Below are positions 10,425 through 22,269 of a stretch of DNA of 64,000 bases, piece after piece (position 1 is the first letter of the stretch; every line of letters starts with the position of its first letter). The notes under the pieces were generated by a model, which was not told the DNA's origin, searched no databases, and was given only the letters and a program-made list of their open reading frames with translations. Source of the stretch: Rhodospirillaceae bacterium (lineage in GTDB: Bacteria; Pseudomonadota; Alphaproteobacteria; Thalassobaculales; Thalassobaculaceae); the NCBI GenBank assembly GCA_018401495.1, contig JAGYJX010000013.1, positions 9,619 to 73,618 on the forward strand. The letters are read 5' to 3'. The position numbers and the translations under genes are program-made.

Positions 10425-11114
10425 ATGCTCGAAGACCCGCCGATCCTGACCATCCGCCGGAATTTTCCGCGGCCGAGCGAGAAGCAGATCGAAGCCTTCA
10501 GCGGCGCGCCGACCGCGCAGGTGGTCGACGCCATGGATGGGCGCGGCGCCCTCGACCGGTCGATCAAGCCGCAGGTTCGCCCGTCGGCGCCGATCGTCGG
10601 GCCCGCGCTCACCGCCTTCGCCTACCCGGCCGACAACCTGGCGCTGCTCGGTTGCCTTGACGTCCTCCAGCCCGGCGACATCGTGGTGTGCGCCACCGAC
10701 AGCTATCGTGAGACCGCGCTTACCGGTGACCTGCTGGCCGGGATGCTGCGCAACGCCGGCGCCGCGGCGCTGGTGACCGACGGCGCGATTCGCGACCAGG
10801 ACGGCGTCGAAGCCATGGGCCTGCCGGTCTGGCACGGCGGCGTCACCCCGAACTCGCCGGCCCGCTTCGGCCCCGGCGCAATCGGCCTGCCGGTCACCTG
10901 CGGCGGCGTGCCGGTGTCGTCCGGCGATCTCATCGTTGCCGACCGAGACGGGGTGGTGGTGGTGCCGTTCGCCCGCATCGACGCGGTCGCCGAGCGCGTC
11001 GCCGCCATCCGCGAGGCCGAGGCGGCCACCGAGGCCAAGGTCAAGGCCGGGATGGCCCGCCCGCCGTGGCTCGACCAGGTGTTCGGGACCGGCAGGGTGC
11101 GCGAGGTCGAGTAG
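10425..11114 (+). CDS. RraA family / HMG-CHA aldolase-like protein
   Basis: VVDAM, GPALTA, ADNLA, TGDLLA, TDGAIRD, GDLIVADRDGVVVVP. Confidence 0.85.
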   Translation: MLEDPPILTIRRNFPRPSEKQIEAFSGAPTAQVVDAMDGRGALDRSIKPQVRPSAPIVGPALTAFAYPADNLALLGCLDVLQPGDIVVCATDSYRETALTGDLLAGMLRNAGAAALVTDGAIRDQDGVEAMGLPVWHGGVTPNSPARFGPGAIGLPVTCGGVPVSSGDLIVADRDGVVVVPFARIDAVAERVAAIREAEAATEAKVKAGMARPPWLDQVFGTGRVREVE

Positions 11115-11140
11115 CCGATGGCCGGAGCCGGATCGCCGTC

Positions 11141-11797
11141 ATGACCGATCGTCGCTTCGATCGCCGCCGCCGGCTGAGTCGGATGTCCGACGTCAACCCG
11201 CGTGTGCCGCGCCCGCCGGGCCGAACCCTTGAGCCCGAGCGGCGCCTGCGCGGGCTGGTCGACCTGCCGCCGGACGACGAGGCGGCGGCACCGTCGTCGC
11301 CCTTCGGCCGCCTCGGACGCCGGCTCGGGGCGAAGGGACGGTTCCTGGTGGCTGCCACCATCATCGGCGCGGCAATCACCGGGGGGTCGGTCTACTGGGA
11401 CCGCGTGAGCAACCAGAGCGCCACCATCGCCGACCACACCAACGCGTCCCAGGTGGCGCTCGGCCACAGCCTCTACGACCAGCACTGCGCGTACTGCCAC
11501 GGTGCCGCCCTCGAGGGCCGGGCCGGCTGGGACGGTGACTACCCGACGGGCGGCCGGCCGGCCCTGCCGCTGGACGGCAGTGCCGCGATCTGGCGGCTCG
11601 GCGACCGTGACCTGTTCGACGTCAGCAAGTTCGGCGGTCAGCCGTTCTCGCCGCCGACCTACCGCAACGACATGCCCGGCTTCGACGGCCAACTCGCCGA
11701 CGCCGATCTGTGGGCGATCATCGCGTTCGTGAAGTCGCGCTGGCCGGAGGAGATACGCCTGCGCCAGCAGGAGGCGGCGAAGGAGCGCGAAGGCTAG
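11141..11797 (+). CDS. membrane-anchored monoheme c-type cytochrome (start may be 11183)
   Basis: TM segment FLVAATIIGAAITGGSVYW, heme motif CAYCH, distal MPGF, WAIIAFVKSRWP. Confidence 0.85.
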   Translation: MTDRRFDRRRRLSRMSDVNPRVPRPPGRTLEPERRLRGLVDLPPDDEAAAPSSPFGRLGRRLGAKGRFLVAATIIGAAITGGSVYWDRVSNQSATIADHTNASQVALGHSLYDQHCAYCHGAALEGRAGWDGDYPTGGRPALPLDGSAAIWRLGDRDLFDVSKFGGQPFSPPTYRNDMPGFDGQLADADLWAIIAFVKSRWPEEIRLRQQEAAKEREG

Positions 11798-11887
11798 GCG
11801 CGGGCGCCGCCCGCCGCTCAATGCTCAGATTCCCCGTTCGCTTCGAGGTCGGCGAAAATGGCCCTGGAGCTTCCTTAGCAGCCCCAT

Positions 11888-11908
11888 TGTTACTACATTC
11901 CTGTAGAT
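11888..11908 (+). promoter_or_regulatory. putative antitoxin operator palindrome CTACA-N4-TGTAG
   Basis: AT-rich tgttactacattcctgtagat about 15 bp upstream of the toxin GTG; TA promoters are commonly autorepressed at such inverted repeats. Confidence 0.55.
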
Positions 11909-11921
11909 CGGGGTTGCCGGG

Positions 11922-12197
11922 GTGCGGTGGACTTGGAACAGGCGTAAGGACGCGGCCAACCGCGCCAAGCACGGATTGCCGTTGAGCCTTGGCGTGGCCG
12001 GGCTGGACGATCCGATGTCGGTATCGGTTTCCGATCCTCACCCGGACGGTGACCGCTGGAACACGGTGTGCCAGGTGTCGGATGTCGTTCTCTTTGTCGT
12101 CCACACGTGGCCGGACAACGAGGAGGACGTCGAGGGACGCATCATCAGCGTCAGGCGCGCGACGCGTCATGAGCGCAGGAGGTACCGGGATGGCTAG
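11922..12197 (+). CDS. brnT: BrnT family toxin
   Basis: WTWNRRKDAANRAKHG, LFVVHT, RIISVRRATRHERRRY. Confidence 0.88.
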   Translation: MRWTWNRRKDAANRAKHGLPLSLGVAGLDDPMSVSVSDPHPDGDRWNTVCQVSDVVLFVVHTWPDNEEDVEGRIISVRRATRHERRRYRDG

Positions 12198-12474
12198 GAG
12201 GCTCACCAAGTCGGAGAAGGCTGCGCTGGCGCAAGTTGCCGAACTACCGGACGACCAGATCGACACCTCCGATCCCGATGCCCCCGAGCGGCTCGACTGG
12301 ACGGGCGCCGAGCGCGGGCGCTTCTACCGGCCGGTCAAGAAGCAGACCACGATCCGGATCGACGCCGACGTGCTGGAGTGGTTCCGGCACCACCCCCGCG
12401 GCCGGGGCTACCAGTCGCACATCAACGCCGCGTTGCGCGAATACGTCCTCCGCAAGGAGCGCGAGGGCGCCTGA
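12190..12474 (+). CDS. brnA: BrnA family antitoxin
   Basis: Overlaps the toxin stop; IDTSD, FYRPVKKQTTIRIDADVLEWFR, GYQSHINAALREY. Confidence 0.92.
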   Translation: MARRLTKSEKAALAQVAELPDDQIDTSDPDAPERLDWTGAERGRFYRPVKKQTTIRIDADVLEWFRHHPRGRGYQSHINAALREYVLRKEREGA

Positions 12475-12564
12475 GGGTCGGAGCGGCAGGGGTAGGGCCG
12501 CGGCGGGCTTTCGGCTCGCCGCCTTCCTTAGTCCCAAAGCCAGAGGGCAAGGGAGGAGTAGACC

Positions 12565-12837
12565 GTGGTCGAAGAGCCGGTTCGACTGCCACCCCCACCG
12601 TTCTGGCGCACGGCGTACTTCGCGAACGAGGTGATGCTGCGGCAGGATCGTCTGCGCATCACGGCCGAGATGATCCTGGATGTCCTGGCGTCGCCTGCGC
12701 GGATCCAGCGACAGGCGGACGGTCGGTACCGGCACTGGGGCTGGCTACCTGGCCTCGATCGCTGGCTCCGCGTCGTCACACTGGACGACGGCGAGACGGT
12801 GCATATTGCTTTCCTGGACCGGAGGTTCGAGCCATGA
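12565..12837 (+). CDS. putative RelE-like/DUF4258-type toxin
   Basis: GGAGGAG RBS; QADGRYRHWG and LRVVTLDDGETVHIAFLDRRF; ATGA-coupled to a DUF2283-like gene. Confidence 0.7.
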   Translation: MVEEPVRLPPPPFWRTAYFANEVMLRQDRLRITAEMILDVLASPARIQRQADGRYRHWGWLPGLDRWLRVVTLDDGETVHIAFLDRRFEP

Positions 12838-13061
12838 AGACCGACCAGCCGATCCGCTACTACCCCGACACCGACACCATGTATGTCGAGCTGCGGCCGG
12901 GTCCCACGACCGGCGGCCAGGATGCGGGTGAGGATCTGGTCATCCACTACGGCGAGGATGGCCAGCCGTCGGGCTACGAGATCGAGCACGCCTCGCGGCA
13001 TCCGGAACACATTGCGGCCGCGCTCAGGTTGGTGCGGCGCTTCAACCAGGAAGCGGCGTAA
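12834..13061 (+). CDS. DUF2283 family putative antitoxin
   Basis: IRYYPDTDTMYVEL, DLVIHYGEDGQPSGYEIEHAS. Confidence 0.82.
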   Translation: MKTDQPIRYYPDTDTMYVELRPGPTTGGQDAGEDLVIHYGEDGQPSGYEIEHASRHPEHIAAALRLVRRFNQEAA

Positions 13062-13307
13062 GGTGGTGGGACGCGATGCCAGCGTGAAGGCAGTGCGGCC
13101 CTAGCCCGCCACATGCCGGAGCTTCTCGAAGGGTACGATCGGGCCTGCGCGCTGGTCGGCGACGGCCCGATCGACCACTGCATCCTCAGTCACTACTGCC
13201 CGGCGCAGGGCCGGGTCGACCACGTCTGGCCCGGGGCGGTCCGGCGCCAAAGCTTCAGTCGATTCGCGACCGGCGCGTACGCCCATGAGTTCGACGAGCT
13301 CGTCTGA
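13062..13307 (+). pseudogene. remnant of a C45 (AAT-like Ntn hydrolase) peptidase gene, 5'-truncated and internally deleted
   Basis: AALARHMPELLEGYDRACALVGD..ILSHYCP resembles the C45 pro-region and is fused directly to a C45-like C-terminus (AQGRVDHVWPG..QSF); family recalled, not searched. Confidence 0.5.
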
Positions 13308-13313
13308 GCCCCG

Positions 13314-16194
<2,881 letters not shown>

Positions 16195-16304
16195 GTGATC
16201 CTAATCCTCTTGCCGGCCCGGTCCGGAGGCGGGGTGTCACCCCTCGCGGCGCGGCGGGCCATACGGTCGAACGGCGGCGGAGCGCGGGCGGCGCCGCTCC
16301 GGCG

Positions 16305-16673
16305 CTAGGCGCCGGCGTGGGACTTGTAGGCGTCCTCGTCCATCAGGCCGTCGAGCTGGCTCGGGTCGGACAGCCGGATCCGGTAGAACCAGCCGGCGCC
16401 GGCGGGATCGGCGTTGACGGTTTGCGGCGCGTCCGCCAGCGCGTCGTTGACCGCGACGATCTCGCCGGAGACCGGGGCGTAGATCTCGCTCGCCGCCTTC
16501 ACCGATTCGACGACGCCCGAGGCGTCGCCCTTGGCGACGGTGGCGCCGACCTCGGGCAGTTCGACGAACACCACGTCGCCAAGCTGCTCCTGGGCGTGGT
16601 TGGTGATCCCGACGGTCCCGACGCCGTCCTCGACGCGGATCCACTCATGGTCTTCGGTGTACTTAACGGTCAT
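16305..16673 (-). CDS. gcvH: glycine cleavage system H protein
   Basis: KYTEDHEWI and [14 protein letters not shown] lipoyl-lysine motif. Confidence 0.97.
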   Translation of the reverse strand: MTVKYTEDHEWIRVEDGVGTVGITNHAQEQLGDVVFVELPEVGATVAKGDASGVVESVKAASEIYAPVSGEIVAVNDALADAPQTVNADPAGAGWFYRIRLSDPSQLDGLMDEDAYKSHAGA

Positions 16674-16703
16674 CGCACGCTCCTGCGCAGGTCCTGATCG
16701 GTG

Positions 16704-17804
16704 TCAACGCTTGTAGCCAGGGGTCACGAACGGCAGGCGCGCGACCCGCGCCGGCATCGGCTTGCCGCGCACGACCAGCCGAACCTCGCTCCCGTCCCCG
16801 GTGAATCCGCTCTCGACGTAGCCCATCGCCACCGGGCCATCGACGGTCGGCCCGAAGCCGCCGCTGGTGATCCGGCCGATCGTCCGGCCGTCCGGATCGG
16901 TGATCTCGGCACCCTCGCGCGCCGGCGCCCGGCCTTCCGGCCGCAGCCCGACGCGGCGGCGCGCGGCGCCGCCGGCGATCTCGGCCTGGACGCGGGCCGC
17001 ACCCGGGAAGCCGCCCTGCTCGCGCCGGCGCTTGCCGATGCTCCAGGTCAGCGCCGCCTCGACCGGCGAGGTGGTGGTGTCGATGTCGTGGCCGTACAGG
17101 CACAGCCCGGCCTCGAGGCGCAGCGAATCGCGCGCGCCGAGGCCGATCGCCTCGACCTCCGGAAGCGCCAGCAGACGCTCGGCGATCCGCCGCGCGTCGG
17201 CGGCCGGAACCGAGATCTCGTAGCCGTCCTCGCCGGTGTAGCCCGAGCGCGTCACCAGGCACGGCACCCCGGCGACGTCCATGGCGCGGAAGGTCATGAA
17301 GGTCATCGCCGCCGCCTCGGGGGCCAGCGTCGCCAGCGCCGCCTCCGCCGACGGGCCCTGCAGGGCCAGCAGGGCGCGATCCGGCAACTCGGTTACCGCG
17401 TCGCCGAGGGTGCCGCGCAGGTGCGCGGTGTCGGCCTCCTTGCAGGCGGCGTTCACGACCACGAACAGGTGGTCGCCGGCGTTGGTCACCATCAGGTCGT
17501 CGAGAATCCCGCCGGTCTCGTCCGTGAACTGGGTGTAGCGCATGCGTCCCTCGGCAAGGCCGAGGATGTCGCCGGGCACCAGCGTCTCCAGCCGGGCGGC
17601 GGCGTCGGCCCCGTCGATGCGGAGCTGGCCCATGTGCGAGACGTCGAACAGGCCGGCCTTGGCGCGGGTGTGGCGGTGCTCGCCGAGGACGCCGAGCGGG
17701 AACTGCACAGGCATGAGGTAGCCGGCGAACGGCACCATCCGGGCGCCGAGTTGCTCGTGCAGCTCCGTCAGCGGCGTGGTCTTCAGCTCTGGCGACTCGG
17801 TCAT
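16704..17804 (-). CDS. gcvT: glycine cleavage system aminomethyltransferase T
   Basis: GLFDVSHMGQ, RSGYTGEDGYEI, GLGARDSLRLEAGLCLYG. Confidence 0.97.
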   Translation of the reverse strand: MTESPELKTTPLTELHEQLGARMVPFAGYLMPVQFPLGVLGEHRHTRAKAGLFDVSHMGQLRIDGADAAARLETLVPGDILGLAEGRMRYTQFTDETGGILDDLMVTNAGDHLFVVVNAACKEADTAHLRGTLGDAVTELPDRALLALQGPSAEAALATLAPEAAAMTFMTFRAMDVAGVPCLVTRSGYTGEDGYEISVPAADARRIAERLLALPEVEAIGLGARDSLRLEAGLCLYGHDIDTTTSPVEAALTWSIGKRRREQGGFPGAARVQAEIAGGAARRRVGLRPEGRAPAREGAEITDPDGRTIGRITSGGFGPTVDGPVAMGYVESGFTGDGSEVRLVVRGKPMPARVARLPFVTPGYKR

Positions 17805-17846
17805 CGGTCCTCCGGCGACGGCTACGCGACGGCGGAAGTGCCGTGC

Positions 17847-18071
17847 GTGCCCCCTCTGTCCGAAAGACCTGAGAGATTGGCCGGACCGATACGCCGTCCG
17901 GCCTTACCCCGTCGGTGAGACGATCGATCCCAGCGGACCGTCGCCTGCTCTCCAGAGTCACCTCGCCTCGGGGTACCTTCGCCTGAGAGTTTCCGGGGCG
18001 GTTGCTCCTTCGGCGTCGACCGCGGCCTCCGGCTCGTCGCCGAGGGCCCGTCGCTCTCTCCCCCGAGAGTC
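17847..18071 (-). ncRNA. tandem glycine riboswitch (two aptamers)
   Basis: Minus strand reads GGAGAGA..CCGAAGGAGCAA..GGAAACTCTCAGGC, then CTGGAGAG..CACCGACGGGGTAA..AATCTCTCAGGT..GGACAGAGGGG; directly upstream of gcvT. Confidence 0.95.
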
Positions 18072-18089
18072 GTGGGTTATGAGGCGGTC

Positions 18090-18117
18090 ACAATAGCGTC
18101 CCCGTCCGGGGTTGCAA
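18090..18117 (-). promoter_or_regulatory. putative sigma70 promoter of the gcv leader
   Basis: TTGCAA-N16-TATTGT about 20 bp upstream of the riboswitch 5' end. Confidence 0.5.
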
Positions 18118-18213
18118 GCCCAGCTGCGGCGGCGCCGAGACAACCGAAACCCCGCCACACATCGGCCCGGGTCCTCCAGCCGCCTTGGCCCCGTCGCCGC
18201 CGCCCGTCGCCTT

Positions 18214-18340
18214 GTGGGTTCCGGCTCGCCCACGCGCCGCGTGGGCGTCCGGAATGACTATATTGGAGGGGTGGTCGTGGGGAAATCGACCGCGATGCCT
18301 TCCCCCTATTGTTCGTCATTCCGGCCGCAGAGCCGGAACA
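18214..18340. repeat. two CGTC-type REP-like palindromes in opposite orientation
   Basis: gtgggttccggctc..gtccggaatgac (18214-18258) and cgtcattccggccgcagagccggaac (18314-18339); same ends as the units at 56131-56730. Confidence 0.7.
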
Positions 18341-18400
18341 CACCCGCCGCCTCGGCGCGCCGCCGATGGAGCCGGCGCGCCGTGGGTCAGCGTGGCCGGA

Positions 18401-20650
18401 TCACTCCGCCGCCATCGGCATGTCGAGCGCTTCCAGCACCTTCGGCGGTGACATCGGCAGGCTGTAGAAGCGCTTGCCGAGGGCCCGGTAGACGGCGTTG
18501 GAGATCGCCGCCAGCGGCGGCACCAGCGGCACCTCGCCGACGCCGCGGATACCCTGCGGGTGCTTGGGGTTCGGGACCTCGATCATCACCGCGTCCAGCA
18601 TCGGCAGGTCCGAGCACACCGGCATGCGGTAGTCGAGGAAGCCCGGGTTATCGACGCGGCCCTTCTTGTCGTAGATGTACTCCTCGTTCAGCGCCCAGCC
18701 GATGCCCTGCGCCGCGCCGCCCTGCATCTGGCCCTCGACGTAGGCCGGGTGGATCGCCCGGCCGACGTCCTGGAACGAGGTGTAGCGCAGCACCCGCACG
18801 ATCCCGAGGTCCGCGTCGACCTCGACGTCGACCACATGGGTGGCGAAGCCGCCTTCGGCGCCGATGGTGTTCGACTGCGTGCCGGAGCCGATCGGGCCGC
18901 CTGTGGCGTTCGCCTTGGCGCCGAGCTCGGCCAGGGTCATCGACGGGAAGTTGCCGCTGTGCTCGCCGATCGGGCGGGCCTCGCCGTTCTCCCACACCAC
19001 CTGGTCGGGGGCGATGCCCCAGATCTGGGCGGCGCGGCCCTTGAGCTGCTCGATCACCTTCTCGGTCGACTCGGTCACCACCATGGCCGAGGCGAACAGC
19101 ACGCGGCTGCCGCCGGTGAGGTTGCTGTAGCCGATGGTGGCGGTGTCGCCGATCAGCACCGAGACCCGGTTGTAGTCGATGCCCAGCAGCTCGGCGGTGA
19201 TGTTGGCGATCGAGGCGCGCGAGCCGCCGATGTCCGGGTGGCCGGTGGTCACCACGACGTTGCCGTCCTCGGTGATGTTGACCTGCGCGCTGGACTCGCC
19301 GCCGGCGTTGAACCAGTAGCCGCTGGCCACGCCGCGGCCCTGGAACTTGCCGAGCGGGACGGCGTAGTGCGGGTGCTTCTGGGCCGCCTCGATGGTCTCG
19401 GCATAGCCGATCCGCGGCAGCACCGGGCCGTAGGCCAGCTTGGTGCCCTCGCGCGCCGCGTTCTTCAGGCGGAACGCCAGCGGGTCCATGCCGATCGCCT
19501 CGGCGACCTCGTCGAGCACGCACTCCGCCGCGTAGGCGCCGATCGGCGCGCCGGGTGCGCGGTAGGCCGCGACCTTGGAGCGGTTCGAGACGACGTCGTA
19601 GCCGAGCGCGTGCACGTTCTTGATGTCGTAGGGCGCGAAGGCGCAACCGGCGGCGCCGCGGATCGGCGAGCCGGGCAGGCAACCGGCCTGCAGGTACCAC
19701 ACGCCTTGCGCGGCGGTGATGGTGCCGTCCTTCTTGGCGCCGATCTTCACCGTGCTCTTGGAGCCGGAGGTCGGGCCGGTCGCCCGCATCACTTCCTCGC
19801 GGCTCATCACCATCTTCACCGGCTTGCCGGACTTGCGGGCCAGGATCGCCGCCACCGGCTCCAGGTAGCAGATGGTCTTGCCGCCGAAGCCGCCGCCGAT
19901 CTCGGCCGGGATCGCCCGGATCTTGCTCTGCGGGATGCCGGTCAGGAAGGCGGTCATGGCGCGGACCATGAACTGGCCCTGGCTCGAGCTCCAGACCGTG
20001 GTCTTGCCGTCCGGCTCGACGCTGACCAGGCAGGCGTGCGGCTCGATGTAGCCCTGGTGCACCGGCCGGGTGGTGAAGCTGCGCTCGATCACCACGTCGG
20101 CCTCGGCGAAGCCGGCGTCGACGTCGCCGAGCTTGTGCTCGAGCTTGCCGGCGATGTTCGAGGGCTTGCCGTCGAACTGCACGAAGTCGTGCAGGATCGG
20201 CGCGTCCGGGGCGATCGCGTCGTCGATCTCGATCGCGAAGGGCAGGACCTCGTAGTCGACCTCGATCAGGGCGCAGGCCTCGGCGGCGGTGCGCTCGTCG
20301 ACGGCGGCGACGGCGGCGACCGGGTGGCCGTGGAACAGCGCCTTCTCGCGCGCCAGCATGTTGCGCGACATCCAGCGCATGTCCTGGATGCCGAGCGGCA
20401 CCGGCTTGTCGGCCGGGAAGTCGACGAAGTCCTTGGCGGTCACCACCGCCTTGACCCCGGGCAGAGCCTCGGCCTTGGAGGTGTCGATGCCGCGGATGCG
20501 GGCGTGCGGGTGCGGGCTGCGCAGCACCTTGCCCCAGATCATCCCGGGCATGTTGGTGTCGGCGGCGTAGGCGGCGCGGCCGGTGACCTTCTCGGCGCCG
20601 TCGGGACGGATCGTGTTACGGCCGATCCACTTGTTGCTGATCTCGTTCAT
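18401..20650 (-). CDS. xanthine dehydrogenase family molybdopterin-binding large subunit
   Basis: KVTGRAAYAAD, LRSPHPHARI, IGGGFGGK, AYRAPG loop, EGQMQGG, RGVGE. Confidence 0.93.
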   Translation of the reverse strand: MNEISNKWIGRNTIRPDGAEKVTGRAAYAADTNMPGMIWGKVLRSPHPHARIRGIDTSKAEALPGVKAVVTAKDFVDFPADKPVPLGIQDMRWMSRNMLAREKALFHGHPVAAVAAVDERTAAEACALIEVDYEVLPFAIEIDDAIAPDAPILHDFVQFDGKPSNIAGKLEHKLGDVDAGFAEADVVIERSFTTRPVHQGYIEPHACLVSVEPDGKTTVWSSSQGQFMVRAMTAFLTGIPQSKIRAIPAEIGGGFGGKTICYLEPVAAILARKSGKPVKMVMSREEVMRATGPTSGSKSTVKIGAKKDGTITAAQGVWYLQAGCLPGSPIRGAAGCAFAPYDIKNVHALGYDVVSNRSKVAAYRAPGAPIGAYAAECVLDEVAEAIGMDPLAFRLKNAAREGTKLAYGPVLPRIGYAETIEAAQKHPHYAVPLGKFQGRGVASGYWFNAGGESSAQVNITEDGNVVVTTGHPDIGGSRASIANITAELLGIDYNRVSVLIGDTATIGYSNLTGGSRVLFASAMVVTESTEKVIEQLKGRAAQIWGIAPDQVVWENGEARPIGEHSGNFPSMTLAELGAKANATGGPIGSGTQSNTIGAEGGFATHVVDVEVDADLGIVRVLRYTSFQDVGRAIHPAYVEGQMQGGAAQGIGWALNEEYIYDKKGRVDNPGFLDYRMPVCSDLPMLDAVMIEVPNPKHPQGIRGVGEVPLVPPLAAISNAVYRALGKRFYSLPMSPPKVLEALDMPMAAE

Positions 20651-21129
20651 CGCGCAGCCTCCCGCATGTCGGCCGCGGTCTCCATGACCGCGCGGACGAT
20701 CTTGTCGTAACCGGTGCACCGGCAGAGGTTGCCGGCCAGCCAGTAGCGAACCTCGGTCTCGGAGGGATCGGGGTTGCGCTCCAGCAGCGACTTCGCCGCG
20801 ACCAGCACGCCGGGCGTGCAGATGCCGCACTGCAGGGCGGCCATCTCCAGGAACTTCTGCTGCAGCGGGTGCAGGTGGTCGCCCGTCGCCATGCCCTCGA
20901 TGGTCTGGATCTCGTGACCCTCGGCCTCGACCGCGAGCACCAGGCAGGCGCAGACCAGGCGCCCGTCCAGGGTGACGCTGCAGGCCCCGCAGTCGCCGGA
21001 TCCGCAACCCTCCTTGGCGCCGGTCAGGCCGAGCGGCCCGCGCAGCACGTCGAGCAGGCTGTCGGCGGGATCGCAGAGGAACTCCCTCGGATCGCCGTTG
21101 ATGGTGGTGGAAACATGCGTTTTAGCCAT
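20647..21129 (-). CDS. (2Fe-2S)-binding small subunit of the Mo hydroxylase
   Basis: GAKEGCGSGDCGACSV, LQCGICTPG, GNLCRCTGY. Confidence 0.95.
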   Translation of the reverse strand: MAKTHVSTTINGDPREFLCDPADSLLDVLRGPLGLTGAKEGCGSGDCGACSVTLDGRLVCACLVLAVEAEGHEIQTIEGMATGDHLHPLQQKFLEMAALQCGICTPGVLVAAKSLLERNPDPSETEVRYWLAGNLCRCTGYDKIVRAVMETAADMREAAR

Positions 21130-21133
21130 GGTC

Positions 21134-22004
21134 TCAAGCCTTTCCGGCGCGTTCGGCGGCAATGGCGACCGTGCGCTTCAGGAGCACGCCGGCAACCTTG
21201 GTTCGGTAGGCGATGGTGCCGCGCTTGTCGTCGATCGGGCGGCACGCGGCGCTGCAGGCGGCGGCCGCGGCGTCGAGCGCCGCGGCGTCGAGGCGGGTCC
21301 CGATCAGCGCCTCGGCGGCCGGCGCGACCAGCAGCACGGTCGGCGCCACCGCGCCGAGCCCGACGCGGGCGGCGGTGCACACGCCGTCCTTGAGCGTCAG
21401 GTTGACGCCGAGGCCGACGACCGCGATGTCCATCTCGGTGCGCGGGATCATCCGCAGGTAGGCGTCGCTCGAGCCCGGGCGCCCGGGGCGGCAGGGTGAA
21501 GCTGACGAGGATCTCGCCGGGCGCCAGGTTGGTCTTGCCCGGCCCGGCCGGCACCGCCTCGACCTTCATCTCGCGACGGCCGTTCGGTCCCTGCACCGTG
21601 ACGACGGCGCCGGCGGCGACCATGGCCGGCACGCTGTCGCCGGCCGGCGAGCCGTTGCACAGATTGCCGCCCGCCGAGGCGCGGCCCTGCACCTGGGTGG
21701 AGCCGATCAGGTTGATGGCTTCCAGCACGCCGGGCCAGGCGGCCGCGAAGCGCGGGTGCTCGGCCAGCGCCGCGCCCGAGACCGCGGCGCCGATGCGGAA
21801 GCCGCCGTCGGCGGTCTCCTCGATGCTGGTCATCTCCGGGATTTTCTTGATGTCGACGATCAGGCCGGGACGCACCACGCCGGCGCGCATCTGCACCAGG
21901 AGATCGGTGCCGCCGGCAAGGATGCGGGCGGCGCCGGAGGCCGCGGCGAACGCGCCGACCGCTTCATCGAGCGTGCCGGGCGCGAGGTATTGGATATCCG
22001 TCAT
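21134..22004 (-). CDS. FAD-binding medium subunit of the Mo hydroxylase (frameshift near 21475)
   Basis: ILAGGTDLL and ASAGGNLCNGSPAGD; second frame AYLRMIPRTEMDIAVV..PIDDKRGT. Confidence 0.92.
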
Positions 22005-22269
22005 TGTTGTTCCCGTCGTTGTTTCCGGTGCCCGCTCCCCAAAGGGCATGGGGCATGCCTTCTCTGGCGCCGGGCTCAGGTGCGCGGATCGGGGAAGGCT
22101 ACGCTGGCCGGACGGATTGGAACAGCCCCTAAGGCGAGGAAACCGACTGGTGCAATTGTTGGGCGGAACTTGCGCCGGCGGCCGCCCCGTGAACTGATTC
22201 CGGCGTGGTCGCCAGCGACACCCCGGGCCGCAGGGGAGGTCGTGGACCGGCGACGGGGGAGGCTCGTGC

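Noticed and set aside
11798-13313. Prophage, integron or IS element around the TA islet
   Set aside because: No integrase, transposase, terminal inverted repeats, attC-like sites or target duplications were seen.
17847-18071. Structured leader of gcvT as a novel RNA
   Set aside because: It matches the well-known tandem glycine riboswitch.
18401-20650. Aerobic CO dehydrogenase (coxL)
   Set aside because: The loop is AYRAPG rather than AYxCSFR, so the Cu-binding Cys is missing, and no cox accessory genes are adjacent.
22148-22163. Sigma54 promoter upstream of the GMC gene
   Set aside because: TGGTGCAATTGTTGG has the -24 GG but lacks the -12 GC.
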